IMG/VR virus record: IMGVR_UViG_3300006118_000005
Coordinates: 1 to 34,947 of that record
From: a virus
Lineage: Duplodnaviria; Caudoviricetes
Strand: one strand, 5' to 3'
Length of the DNA: 34,947 nucleotides
This document shows positions 18,989 to 26,903 of the stretch, in pieces (the first letter of the stretch is position 1; each line of letters opens with the position of its first letter). Made by a program: the position numbers and the translations under genes. A model generated the notes under the pieces. It saw only the letters and a list, made by a program, of their open reading frames with translations, searched no databases and had not been told where the DNA came from.

Positions 18989-20741
18989 CGTAAACTCCTA
19001 TGCGTTTTAAGTAATCAGAAACGTTTCTGCCCACTGCAATTTGCTCAGGCGTTTTGTCTTCTTGTGCGCGTGAGACTGATTTAGATATTTTGTTGGCAAT
19101 CAGCCTTGGTTGTACTTGCTCTGCGTATGCGGCGGCGCCAAGAGCAAGGGCTATGACCCTGTCATCCTTGTTGCGACCAGAGGCTTCAATGCTGGAACCC
19201 TCGCGAGTAATGGTTTTCATCTCCTCAATGGTATCCATGTCGTAGATGTCTAGCATACTGCGCTCAAACAAGTCCTTGGTATAGGTGAGCATACGTTCTT
19301 TTGTGGCTTGTGTGGTTGCCCAACCAATAGAGCCAGAGAGTCCACTCATGTTGTCGTTGCGTCTCCAAATGTAGTTTGACATTGAGCCGTACACATCCAT
19401 GAGTTGCTTGCCCACAGTACCCGCCATAGCGGCGGCTTGACGGCGTAAGTTCTTGAGTTCATTCAAGACCGCCTGACCCGGACCATTGATTTCAAGGTTT
19501 AGCGTTGAGTTTTTGTAGGCACCGGCTAAGTGAGCAATAACCCAAGCAAATTGGTAGGTGTTCATTTCACTCGTCGCGAAAACGGCAACTTGTTCCATGC
19601 CATCAGAGTAGCAACGACATACTTGAATACAGAATCGGTCTGCCCAGTCTGAGCTACCGTAGGCGGGGTCTGCGCCAATAACGTAGTAGGCGGTGTCGAT
19701 GGGTTCTTCAAAGACTTTGAGCGTGGCGAGTTTTTCTTTGGATTTGACGACGTCGGTGTCTTGGAAGTTGGCGCCAAAGACGTATCGGTAATAGTCGGGT
19801 TGGATTTTCTTGGCAATTTTCGCGGCATCGGTACACCTCGCATTAGAAAAGAAAGATTGTCCTGACATGACAAATGCGTAGTCTTCCGTTGGCGGAAACT
19901 CTTGGTACATCAGGGATTCATCCTTGATGCCCTCAGCCAGTTTCCATCTCCACCAAGCCATTTGCCTTGAGTTGATTTCAAAGTCGTAGAGTTTTTTAAT
20001 ATCGCGTACCCACTCTTTTTCCTCAGGGGTGAGTTTGCCGTCCCAGTAGGTTTTGTACACATCGGTGTCTGCCCCAGCAGAGTAGAACTCATTGCGCCAC
20101 CAACCGCAAAATATGGCACGTTGTGTCCTTGCCCGTTTGGCAGTGACGTACATATCGTGAAACATATTGAATCCCCGCGCTGTGGATTCAAAGATGTAGA
20201 GGCGATTGGGGTTGGATTCAGCGAGAGAAGCTAGGAGAGATGCCAAGCCTTCTTCGTCACCCCAAGAACTTGTTTCAGTGCCGTGAAGGTAGGTAATTGC
20301 CTTACCGCGACCCAAGCTACCTTTTGCTCGGAGTCCAGCGACTTGATAAAAGAGGCGACTTCTGTTCTTGAGAGAAAGCTGGTTACGGTTGTGCGCGACA
20401 AGTGGAATTTTGTACTCTTTAGGCAAACCGTCCATATACATGGCAAGGGTGGAGCGAAACATATCTCGGTTTTCTTCGGTATCGGTTGTGAGGGTACCTT
20501 GGAGTCCGTTGTTGATGAAGTGCCAGTAGAGGTCGAGGGCAAGGGAGATAGTAGTGATTCCAAGTTGACGTCCTTTTAAGATAACAAAGAAATGGACGTC
20601 TTCTTCAAGCCCTTTGGCTATTTCGCCCATGGTGTAGGTTTGGGTACCGAGGAGGTGGTCCATGTTCTTTAGACCTTGCTCTTTGGTTTCTATTTTGAGC
20701 TGGGCGCAAAATGCGTAAAACTGTTTGAGATTGAATTTCAT
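18969..20741 (-). CDS. terL: Terminase large subunit
   Basis: Walker A-like ILKGRQLGITT, variant Walker B LHGTE, coupling motif ESTA, nuclease motifs IGADPAYG and DDRV. Start at the ATG overlapping the upstream TGA. Confidence 0.92.
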   Translation of the reverse strand: MKFNLKQFYAFCAQLKIETKEQGLKNMDHLLGTQTYTMGEIAKGLEEDVHFFVILKGRQLGITTISLALDLYWHFINNGLQGTLTTDTEENRDMFRSTLAMYMDGLPKEYKIPLVAHNRNQLSLKNRSRLFYQVAGLRAKGSLGRGKAITYLHGTETSSWGDEEGLASLLASLAESNPNRLYIFESTARGFNMFHDMYVTAKRARTQRAIFCGWWRNEFYSAGADTDVYKTYWDGKLTPEEKEWVRDIKKLYDFEINSRQMAWWRWKLAEGIKDESLMYQEFPPTEDYAFVMSGQSFFSNARCTDAAKIAKKIQPDYYRYVFGANFQDTDVVKSKEKLATLKVFEEPIDTAYYVIGADPAYGSSDWADRFCIQVCRCYSDGMEQVAVFATSEMNTYQFAWVIAHLAGAYKNSTLNLEINGPGQAVLNELKNLRRQAAAMAGTVGKQLMDVYGSMSNYIWRRNDNMSGLSGSIGWATTQATKERMLTYTKDLFERSMLDIYDMDTIEEMKTITREGSSIEASGRNKDDRVIALALGAAAYAEQVQPRLIANKISKSVSRAQEDKTPEQIAVGRNVSDYLKRIGVYGGPTTP

Positions 20742-21466
20742 TTTTCCCAAGGCATGATTGCCCCGTATTTGTCTTTCATGAATTGATGACCAACATCAAA
20801 AAATTCTTTGGTGACCGATAGTTCATTGCCGCCAAGGCGAAAGTTAAAGGTGTGTTCTTTGGTTGAACAGAAATTGGGAAAGAGCTGTTTGGCAACGGCG
20901 TAAAACTCTCGGTCAACGCCCCATTTGTTTTGACCAAGAACGATGGCTATTTTCTTTAAGCACTCGGTCTTCATGCCCCACATACACCAGTCCACAAAGT
21001 TGGTGTTGTCGTTATCAAGCAAATTCCAAGGCTTGTGGAGGTCGCCAAGCGCCTCACAGCGGTCGTTGAATAGGTAGTTGCCGTCCTTGTCGTGGATGCT
21101 TCTAAGGGAGTACGCCCAGTCAACGCCGAGGTCTATTTTGTGCATGATGGATTCAACATGGTCTGCATCAAACCAGTCGTCATCATTGCAAAAGAAAGTG
21201 ACGTCTTCGTTGATAAGCTGGGGCGCGGCGGCAAGCCAACGACGTCCGTCTAGTCCGTTGCCTCCAATGTATCCGTCCCAGTAGCAAAGGTGGGTGGAGT
21301 TGTTGGCGTACTTATCAAACATTTTGCGGTAGGAGACGTAGGGCACTACGGCGTCCACAAGAATGTAATGCTCGACAGGAAATGTTTGCGTCTGAATGGA
21401 TTTAACGCAGTCTTCCAGTTCTGCTCGGTTTGTGGTCACGGTCACGACCGCGGCTGTCATAGTCAT
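20738..21466 (-). CDS. Glycosyltransferase family 2
   Basis: VVTVTTNRAELEDCVKSIQTQT...EHYILVD, plus the DxD-type motif FCNDDDWF. Confidence 0.85.
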   Translation of the reverse strand: MTMTAAVVTVTTNRAELEDCVKSIQTQTFPVEHYILVDAVVPYVSYRKMFDKYANNSTHLCYWDGYIGGNGLDGRRWLAAAPQLINEDVTFFCNDDDWFDADHVESIMHKIDLGVDWAYSLRSIHDKDGNYLFNDRCEALGDLHKPWNLLDNDNTNFVDWCMWGMKTECLKKIAIVLGQNKWGVDREFYAVAKQLFPNFCSTKEHTFNFRLGGNELSVTKEFFDVGHQFMKDKYGAIMPWEK

Positions 21467-21710
21467 CGTTATCCCCTAGTATCCAATTGGCTATTGCTTC
21501 ACAAGCGTCTCTGTTTTTGGCAACCCTGATTAGCTCATCGTAACGAACTTTAGAGTATTTCTCTTTCCATTCTTTTGCAAGAAGAATCTTGGCTTTGTCA
21601 TTTGTACAAGACAGCGCTCTGCGCATCTCACGGCGAATGACTTGTTGGTGTGCAAGTTTCTCCGCCGCCCAGATTTGTTCTTGTTCAGATGAAGCTGGTG
21701 CTTGAGCCAA
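21402..21710 (-). CDS. Hypothetical protein
   Basis: 102 aa with TTG start, helical. Fills the gap between its neighbours. Confidence 0.6.
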   Translation of the reverse strand: MAQAPASSEQEQIWAAEKLAHQQVIRREMRRALSCTNDKAKILLAKEWKEKYSKVRYDELIRVAKNRDACEAIANWILGDNDDYDSRGRDRDHKPSRTGRLR

Positions 21711-21912
21711 GCAAAGCCTTTATGCGTTCAATCTCTTTGTGTGCGTCCATGAGAAGACGAGCCGACTCAGTATGAACGCGCATGAGTTCGTTGAACAGCT
21801 CGGCATGACCCATGGCATAGACACGCTCCATGTATGCTTTTTTGATGTCATCGGCGGACATGGTCATCAAGGCGTTGTGTCCGTTGACTTTGGTGTTTAC
21901 AGCAGTCTCCAT
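21685..21912 (-). CDS. Hypothetical protein
   Basis: Likely start METAVNTK at 21912 (GGAGGAG SD). Confidence 0.7.
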   Translation of the reverse strand: METAVNTKVNGHNALMTMSADDIKKAYMERVYAMGHAELFNELMRVHTESARLLMDAHKEIERIKALLGSSTSFI

Positions 21913-22109
21913 ACTCTGACTCCTCCTTCCTCGCATCTTGCGATAAATTTAAAACCTAACTTTTTTCCAGCCCGGTAATTGGCATTGCAAACCACTTGCA
22001 GTTTGGCACCCTTCACAAAGAACGAATCCCCAACCGTCATCTGCTTGTAGGGGTAACGCGGTCTAGCTTGCGGTATGGGCACTTCTCTGTCAATGACTAA
22101 ATCATCCAT
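21897..22109 (-). CDS. Small putative DNA-binding protein (DUF7303-like)
   Basis: VPIP...RYPYKQMTVGDSFFV...GGVRVWR. Start at 22109 after GGGGATA. Confidence 0.7.
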   Translation of the reverse strand: MDDLVIDREVPIPQARPRYPYKQMTVGDSFFVKGAKLQVVCNANYRAGKKLGFKFIARCEEGGVRVWRLL

Positions 22110-22138
22110 CTTTATATCCCCGCTAAACAATGTGATGT

Positions 22139-22167
22139 AATATACCACATCTAATCATCATTATCAA
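22139..22167 (-). promoter_or_regulatory. sigma70 promoter of the leftward packaging/structural operon
   Basis: TTGATA-N17-TATATT with extended -10 TG. Confidence 0.75.
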
Positions 22168-22175
22168 GGACTACT

Positions 22176-22880
22176 ATGATTCGCACTTATAACGAATATC
22201 ATCTTGGCGACCAGTTAATCCATCTGAATTTTCTCCGCCGATTGGAGATACCGGCTACGCATTACTGCAAGGCGGAGTATCACAAGCAATTACAGCCCTT
22301 AGTCTTGGGCACAGACATTGTCCTTATGGACCTACCAGCCAAGCCAGAGGACGCCGTAAACGCTTGGATAGGGGCGGATAACTACTTCTACAACCATCCC
22401 ATGAAAGAGCACTGGGTTGAGTTCCATGTGGATTGGTTTAACCATCTTTGTGAACAAATGATGATTGATACTTTCACCATAGACAAGCATGACCTACTCT
22501 TTGACTACCCAGCCCTTATGGCAATCCAAGCCGAGCAGTACGACTATCTCATCATCAACAGCCCTCCCAAGAGCAATCAGCTACCCAGTTTTAACCAAGA
22601 TGCCTTTAAAAGAATGGCTCAGGAACTCCTTGATCAAGGACATACGGTAATCAGCACATATCCCTTGCAAATATGCCCAAATACGCTTGAAAAAGGCTTG
22701 GATGTGACCCAAATCGGCGTACTTTCCAAGGCAGTCAAACACATCATAGCCGTGGATACAGGTCCTCTATGGACCACCTATAACGTCCACAATAAGGATA
22801 AAGTGCTCAGTAGAACCGTTTATCACAAGTTTATGAAGACCGGTATGCTCAATACAGTCTATCGCCAAGAACTAATCTAG
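22176..22880 (+). CDS. GT-B fold glycosyltransferase (GT9 / heptosyltransferase-like)
   Basis: HLGDQLIHLNFLRRL and IAVDTGPLW match GT9 signature segments. Confidence 0.7.
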   Translation: MIRTYNEYHLGDQLIHLNFLRRLEIPATHYCKAEYHKQLQPLVLGTDIVLMDLPAKPEDAVNAWIGADNYFYNHPMKEHWVEFHVDWFNHLCEQMMIDTFTIDKHDLLFDYPALMAIQAEQYDYLIINSPPKSNQLPSFNQDAFKRMAQELLDQGHTVISTYPLQICPNTLEKGLDVTQIGVLSKAVKHIIAVDTGPLWTTYNVHNKDKVLSRTVYHKFMKTGMLNTVYRQELI

Positions 22881-23059
22881 GGAAAAACGTAAATTTTTTT
22901 TGGGGGGAGATGGGAGGTGTACTCGCCCATAACCGAACTCAGGACCATTCGAGTTTTCAGGCATGAATTTGCGCAAAGCATTGCGACGCATTAGCCAATA
23001 ATTGACCATATTAAGTACGGCGCCGGGTATCGGTTTGCGTTAAGTGCTTTGCAAGCGTT

Positions 23060-23345
23060 ACCCCTATTAAATATTTGAGAGAATAGAATGTAATACTATT
23101 TTCTAGTTATCGTTTTATTTCAATTACTAATAATTCAATTAGCAAATATTCTTTTAATCAAATATTTTCTTATAAGTAATAATTGTATTAAACAATAATT
23201 ATATACGAATATTTGGTAATAGGAATATTCTATCAATAATTAAATATTCATACAAATATTTATTGAATATTGATATTGACATAATCATTCTAATCTATAT
23301 AATTCAACTATTGATTAAATAATTAGTCAATGCAATTATCCATAA
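23060..23345. other. Very AT-rich non-coding region with eight AATATT copies
   Basis: Composition seen directly. AATATT at 23070, 23145, 23161, 23208, 23224, 23243, 23255 and 23266. Confidence 0.8.
23276..23303 (+). promoter_or_regulatory. Consensus sigma70 early promoter for ardC
   Basis: TTGACA-N16-TATAAT with AT-rich upstream sequence. Confidence 0.85.
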
Positions 23346-23363
23346 CTAACCGGGAAAATCATC

Positions 23364-24221
23364 ATGTCAAACAAAATTTATGAGTCAGTTACACAATCAA
23401 TCATTGAGCAATTAGAAAAAGGCGCTACACCATGGATAAAGCCGTGGAAGGCGGACAGCACAGCGGATAAGAATTTGATTAGCCAAAAACCATATCAGGG
23501 CGTCAATCGTTTAATCCTAGGATTGTCATCCATGGTTAAGGGATACGATACGCCAGTATGGGCATCATTCAAACAATTTGAGAGTTTAGGCGCCAATGTT
23601 CGTAAAGACGAAAAAGGGACAGCTATCGTTTGGTTTAGCCCTATTACCAAAGAAAATAAAGAGACGGGCGAAGTTGAATCGTTTAATGCTCTCAAAACTT
23701 ATTATGTGTTCAATGTTGCACAATGCGACGGGATAGAGATAACCAAATCAACGCCAGTTGATAAACCATTTAATCCAATTGATGCCGCCGAGCAAAGGAT
23801 TGTCAAAACTGGCGCCGTAATATCGCATGGCGGCGATAGTGCATTTTTTGCGCCGAGTGTTGATCGTATCCAAATGCCCCATAAATCGGCGTTTGACAAT
23901 GAATCAAGCTACTATGCCACTGTATTTCACGAATTAACGCACTGGACCGGGGCTAAACACCGATTAGATCGTACATTTGGCAAACGATTTGGGGACCCGG
24001 CTTATGCTTTTGAGGAATTAGTGGCGGAAATGGGCGCCGCGTTCTTATGTCAGGATTACCGGATTCAGGGCGAATTACGCCATGCCGGTTATATTCAAAA
24101 TTGGCTCAAAGCTATGCGCGACGATAGCAAGGCGATATTTAAGGCCGCCGCCCTTGCACAAAAAGCCGCCGATTATCTGAATCAATTAGACGTGACGGCG
24201 TCGATTGAATTAGTAGCATAA
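23364..24221 (+). CDS. ardC: ArdC-family antirestriction protein (ssDNA-binding + zincin-like domain)
   Basis: IIEQLEKGATPWIKPW, YQGVNRLIL, VRKDEKG, HELTHWTG and YAFEELVAEMGAAFL. Confidence 0.93.
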   Translation: MSNKIYESVTQSIIEQLEKGATPWIKPWKADSTADKNLISQKPYQGVNRLILGLSSMVKGYDTPVWASFKQFESLGANVRKDEKGTAIVWFSPITKENKETGEVESFNALKTYYVFNVAQCDGIEITKSTPVDKPFNPIDAAEQRIVKTGAVISHGGDSAFFAPSVDRIQMPHKSAFDNESSYYATVFHELTHWTGAKHRLDRTFGKRFGDPAYAFEELVAEMGAAFLCQDYRIQGELRHAGYIQNWLKAMRDDSKAIFKAAALAQKAADYLNQLDVTASIELVA

Positions 24222-24229
24222 ACAAACGC

Positions 24230-24254
24230 GCCGGGCGTTTTCCCGGCTTTTCTT
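24230..24254 (+). terminator. Rho-independent terminator after ardC
   Basis: GCCGGG-cgtttt-CCCGGC-TTTTCTT. Confidence 0.7.
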
Positions 24255-24271
24255 AAACTTAGGGGATAAAT

Positions 24272-24436
24272 ATGCAAAAACAAACATTAAACAAAGACGA
24301 TTTTTTATTAGCTAGTGACGTTGATGATAACGGTAATTTTTACTGGTTTATTTATAACTGGTCAACTTATGAACTACTCGCCTATTTTGACAATGAGGGC
24401 GACGCACAAACGTATTTTGACAATCTACCCGGTTAA
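24272..24436 (+). CDS. Small acidic/aromatic protein (54 aa, not in ORF track)
   Basis: MQKQTLNKDDFLLASDVDDNGNFYWFIYNW...; AGGGGATAAAT leader. Confidence 0.7.
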   Translation: MQKQTLNKDDFLLASDVDDNGNFYWFIYNWSTYELLAYFDNEGDAQTYFDNLPG

Positions 24437-24438
24437 AT

Positions 24439-24488
24439 AATGCTCGACTATTTGGGGGCGCCGCAATGCCCCTAAATGGGCGCGTATT
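24439..24488 (+). promoter_or_regulatory. Long intergenic stem-loop (RNase III site-like)
   Basis: About 19 bp with two single mismatches. Core CTATTTGGGGGC/GCCCCTAAATGG. Confidence 0.55.
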
Positions 24489-24518
24489 GCGTCAATTTAA
24501 CTAACTAAGGGGATAACC

Positions 24519-24776
24519 ATGGAATTTGAACAAATGCTAATCGAGGCGCCCTATACAGCGCTAAAAAATAGTTTATTGAATTTACCTAAAAACAAACGTG
24601 CTCAAGCTATTTCAATAGCACTTGAGTGGTCCGGGTCCGATATATTCGATTTAATGATTGATGCCTTGATTGATGCCAATTTTCACACCGAGGCGACAGC
24701 ATTACGCGCCGCATGGATAAACGCGCAAATTGACGCCGAGGCTCTCGCGCATGAGGCGTTGACTAATCAAGATTAA
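24519..24776 (+). CDS. Hypothetical early protein
   Basis: 85 aa; AAGGGGATAACC leader. Confidence 0.75.
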   Translation: MEFEQMLIEAPYTALKNSLLNLPKNKRAQAISIALEWSGSDIFDLMIDALIDANFHTEATALRAAWINAQIDAEALAHEALTNQD

Positions 24777-24780
24777 GGAT

Positions 24781-24861
24781 ATGACAATGAGAACAATTCT
24801 TTGGATTCACGTTTTGATTTTCGCGGCGTTTGTTTTAATCGGCACTTATTTACACCTATAA
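24781..24861 (+). CDS. Single-TM microprotein (26 aa)
   Basis: MTMRTILWIHVLIFAAFVLIGTYLHL; TAAGGA SD. Confidence 0.55.
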   Translation: MTMRTILWIHVLIFAAFVLIGTYLHL

Positions 24862-24871
24862 GGAGATAACC

Positions 24872-25006
24872 ATGAGCAAATTACCATTTGAGATTGAGGG
24901 CAAAGAACCCGAGACGATTACGCTAGACAAGGCGGATTTTATGATCTACCTAGCCGGGATGTTCGGGTTGGGTTTTGTACTCGCGCTACTCGCGTTTCGC
25001 GTATGA
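24872..25006 (+). CDS. Single-TM microprotein (44 aa)
   Basis: MSKLPFEIEGKEPETITLDKADFMIYLAGMFGLGFVLALLAFRV; TAAGGAG SD. Confidence 0.7.
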   Translation: MSKLPFEIEGKEPETITLDKADFMIYLAGMFGLGFVLALLAFRV

Positions 25007-25119
25007 TGGACGCCCTAGCCGACGGGTTCACGTTCGCGTGTGTGCTGTTGCTAGGGTTTGTCTTATGGCTAGGACTTTCCCTAATCGCAATTAAATTGTT
25101 ATCAGAGTTGGACCCTTGA
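25003..25119 (+). CDS. Single-TM microprotein (38 aa)
   Basis: MMDALADGFTFACVLLLGFVLWLGLSLIAIKLLSELDP; ATGA coupling. Confidence 0.6.
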   Translation: MMDALADGFTFACVLLLGFVLWLGLSLIAIKLLSELDP

Positions 25120-25121
25120 CC

Positions 25122-25298
25122 ATGATAAAAACCAATTGGCAACCCGTACCCGCTAAAAAACCCCGTACGCGTTCACGTTGTGAGGAGCTGGGGGTATGTC
25201 AACCAAACCCGGAAACGTGCCGTAAATGCCCCAATAAAAAGGCTATACGCGCGTCTAAGGATTTGCCGGTAAAGTTGTTCCCAATTTTATTTACATGA
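25122..25298 (+). CDS. Small Cys-containing basic protein
   Basis: RSRCEELGVCQ...CRKCP. ATG at 25122. Confidence 0.55.
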   Translation: MIKTNWQPVPAKKPRTRSRCEELGVCQPNPETCRKCPNKKAIRASKDLPVKLFPILFT

Positions 25299-25316
25299 TT
25301 AAATTTGTGGTATGAT
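25290..25316 (+). promoter_or_regulatory. Extended -10 promoter for the structured RNA region
   Basis: TGTGG-TATGAT (25306-25316) with TTTACA upstream. Confidence 0.6.
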
Positions 25317-25320
25317 TCGC

Positions 25321-25420
25321 GTGTTGTCGTAACGGTCAACAGTAGTTAAAGCGTTTACACATGCCTCTGTCCCTTTTATTTGGGAACCGTTACCGGGGGC
25401 AGTTGTAAGCGCTTTTTTTA
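25321..25420 (+). ncRNA. Structured RNA with loop-bulge complementarity and terminator (P4 CI / P1 C4-like architecture)
   Basis: Hairpin loop GTAACGGT (25329-36) is complementary to the 8-nt bulge ACCGTTAC (25386-93). Stems 25348-59/25404-15 and 25362-69/25394-401, followed by a U-tract. Confidence 0.6.
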
Positions 25421-25436
25421 TTGTCTAACCCATTAC

Positions 25437-25640
25437 GCGCAACCGCTCAGTCGTCGGGGAAACCAACGGCAAGGCTGAGGGACAAGGGACTATTGTGGGG
25501 AAGCTCTGAGACAGTTCCAAGGGTGGCGAGGCTAGTGCCCTAGAGTGAAAGACTGGCGGGTTATGCGCGGCTCCGTCCGAGTGTATGAAGGAAACCAAGC
25601 TATTCGCGGGGATGGCTAGGTTTTCGCTCACCATCCGAGT
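25437..25640 (+). ncRNA. Candidate multi-stem non-coding RNA
   Basis: Long-range stem 25437-52/25551-68 and hairpins 25520-41 and 25590-625, with many G-U pairs on the + strand. No credible sense ORF. Confidence 0.55.
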
Positions 25641-25680
25641 AGTTGATTTAATAATTAAATAATCGCTAATAAAAGAATAT

Positions 25681-25977
25681 ATGACTAAAGAAGAAATAAT
25701 TAGATTAGTTAAAAAAACTGATTTACTAGGAATCATTGATAGTCAATATTATGACAATGAACTATGGATTTTTGATGTAATGGAGTTTGCCAAGTTGGTG
25801 GCAAAGAGGGCGTTTACTGATGGTTTTTATGAAGGTTTTAAAGCATCTGGGGAAGGATGGAACGGGGAATATCCATTCAATGATAAAAACCTTGAAGTGC
25901 GAAACCATGCAAGTATTGTTGAAGATTTAGATGAATCGTGGAATAAATATATTTCAGGGGATAAACATGAAGATTGA
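25681..25977 (+). CDS. Hypothetical protein (nin-like region)
   Basis: 98 aa; MTKEEIIRL...EFAKLV module. Confidence 0.7.
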   Translation: MTKEEIIRLVKKTDLLGIIDSQYYDNELWIFDVMEFAKLVAKRAFTDGFYEGFKASGEGWNGEYPFNDKNLEVRNHASIVEDLDESWNKYISGDKHED

Positions 25978-26209
25978 TTTCGGCGAAACCCAATTAGAAA
26001 AGATACGCAGACTAGAAAAGCCTCATCGGTGGTTTGCATGGTATCCGGTAGAGGTAGGACACCATGACCATAGGTGGCTCGAATACGTTGAGCGTACTGG
26101 TTATCAATACTTTACCTTTGTTGAGTTTGGTTTTTATTGGTGTTGGACGTATAAAGCAATACCCAAAACTGTTGGGGATTTAGTAAAGGAAGATACACAT
26201 GGACATTGA
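25967..26209 (+). CDS. Hypothetical protein
   Basis: Start MKIDFG at 25967 (AGGGGATAAAC). Contains the HRWFAWYPV...RWLEYVER phage motif. Confidence 0.75.
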   Translation: MKIDFGETQLEKIRRLEKPHRWFAWYPVEVGHHDHRWLEYVERTGYQYFTFVEFGFYWCWTYKAIPKTVGDLVKEDTHGH

Positions 26210-26504
26210 TTTAATTTACCTAGTTGCTGAGAAGCTGGACAACATGGATTGTTTGCGCCGCAGTGATGAGACGGTCCTAACCGCCGCCAGTAATTTATTA
26301 CGCGACTTTGTGCGCGAGTTGGATATGGCGAGAATGTCACTGGATGAGCTAGTCAAACAGCAAAATACGCGCGTATGGCATGGTCTGACAGAGGCTGAAC
26401 GTAACGATGTAGTCTGGTCCAATACCCGCGCAGATGACATTAAGGAAGCGTATGACGTTGCAGTGGCTATTGAGCAAGCATTAAGGGAGAAGAACAATGG
26501 GTGA
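26199..26504 (+). CDS. Hypothetical protein
   Basis: 101 aa; WHGLTEAE...AIEQALREKN module. Confidence 0.75.
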   Translation: MDIDLIYLVAEKLDNMDCLRRSDETVLTAASNLLRDFVRELDMARMSLDELVKQQNTRVWHGLTEAERNDVVWSNTRADDIKEAYDVAVAIEQALREKNNG

Positions 26505-26697
26505 TATGGCTGAAGTATTTAATGAATGGAAAGCATATAAAAAAGAACGCAAACAGAGACTTGGTATGCCTTGCCCTGATTGCACAATTAAATTGCCAAA
26601 AGCGCAACCAAAAATTCTTATGCCAAACCAAAAGTGCTGGTGCGGTTATATAGACAAGCGACAAAGAGAAGCCAAACTCAAGGAGAAGAACACATGA
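26497..26697 (+). CDS. Small Zn-finger-like protein
   Basis: CPDC...CWCG. Confidence 0.7.
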   Translation: MGDMAEVFNEWKAYKKERKQRLGMPCPDCTIKLPKAQPKILMPNQKCWCGYIDKRQREAKLKEKNT

Positions 26698-26891
26698 ACC
26701 AAAATACGACGCTAGAGGCTTTAATTTACAACCGGGAGGCTAGGCTTAGGTCCCAGTTAAAAAAGGAGCATACGCTTGTTTTAAGGGCTAGGCTGGACGA
26801 AATACTACTGATGAAGCGCAAGCTAAAGGAATTAAACCCAGATTCAATCTTGTGGCGCAAACGACAAATACTATCGGAAGGAGACAAATGA
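26694..26891 (+). CDS. Hypothetical protein
   Basis: Start MNQNTT at 26694 (AAGGAG SD, ATGA overlap). Confidence 0.7.
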   Translation: MNQNTTLEALIYNREARLRSQLKKEHTLVLRARLDEILLMKRKLKELNPDSILWRKRQILSEGDK

Positions 26892-26903
26892 TTAAAAAAT
26901 ACA

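Noticed and set aside
667-21978. Numerous + strand and alternative-frame ORFs within the structural operon
   Set aside because: Shadow ORFs of a fully tiled, translationally coupled minus-strand operon, with no SD or recognisable motifs.
25425-25736. 103-aa minus-strand ORF over the structured region
   Set aside because: Antisense to the operon, no SD, atypical composition, and G-U pairing favours a + strand RNA.
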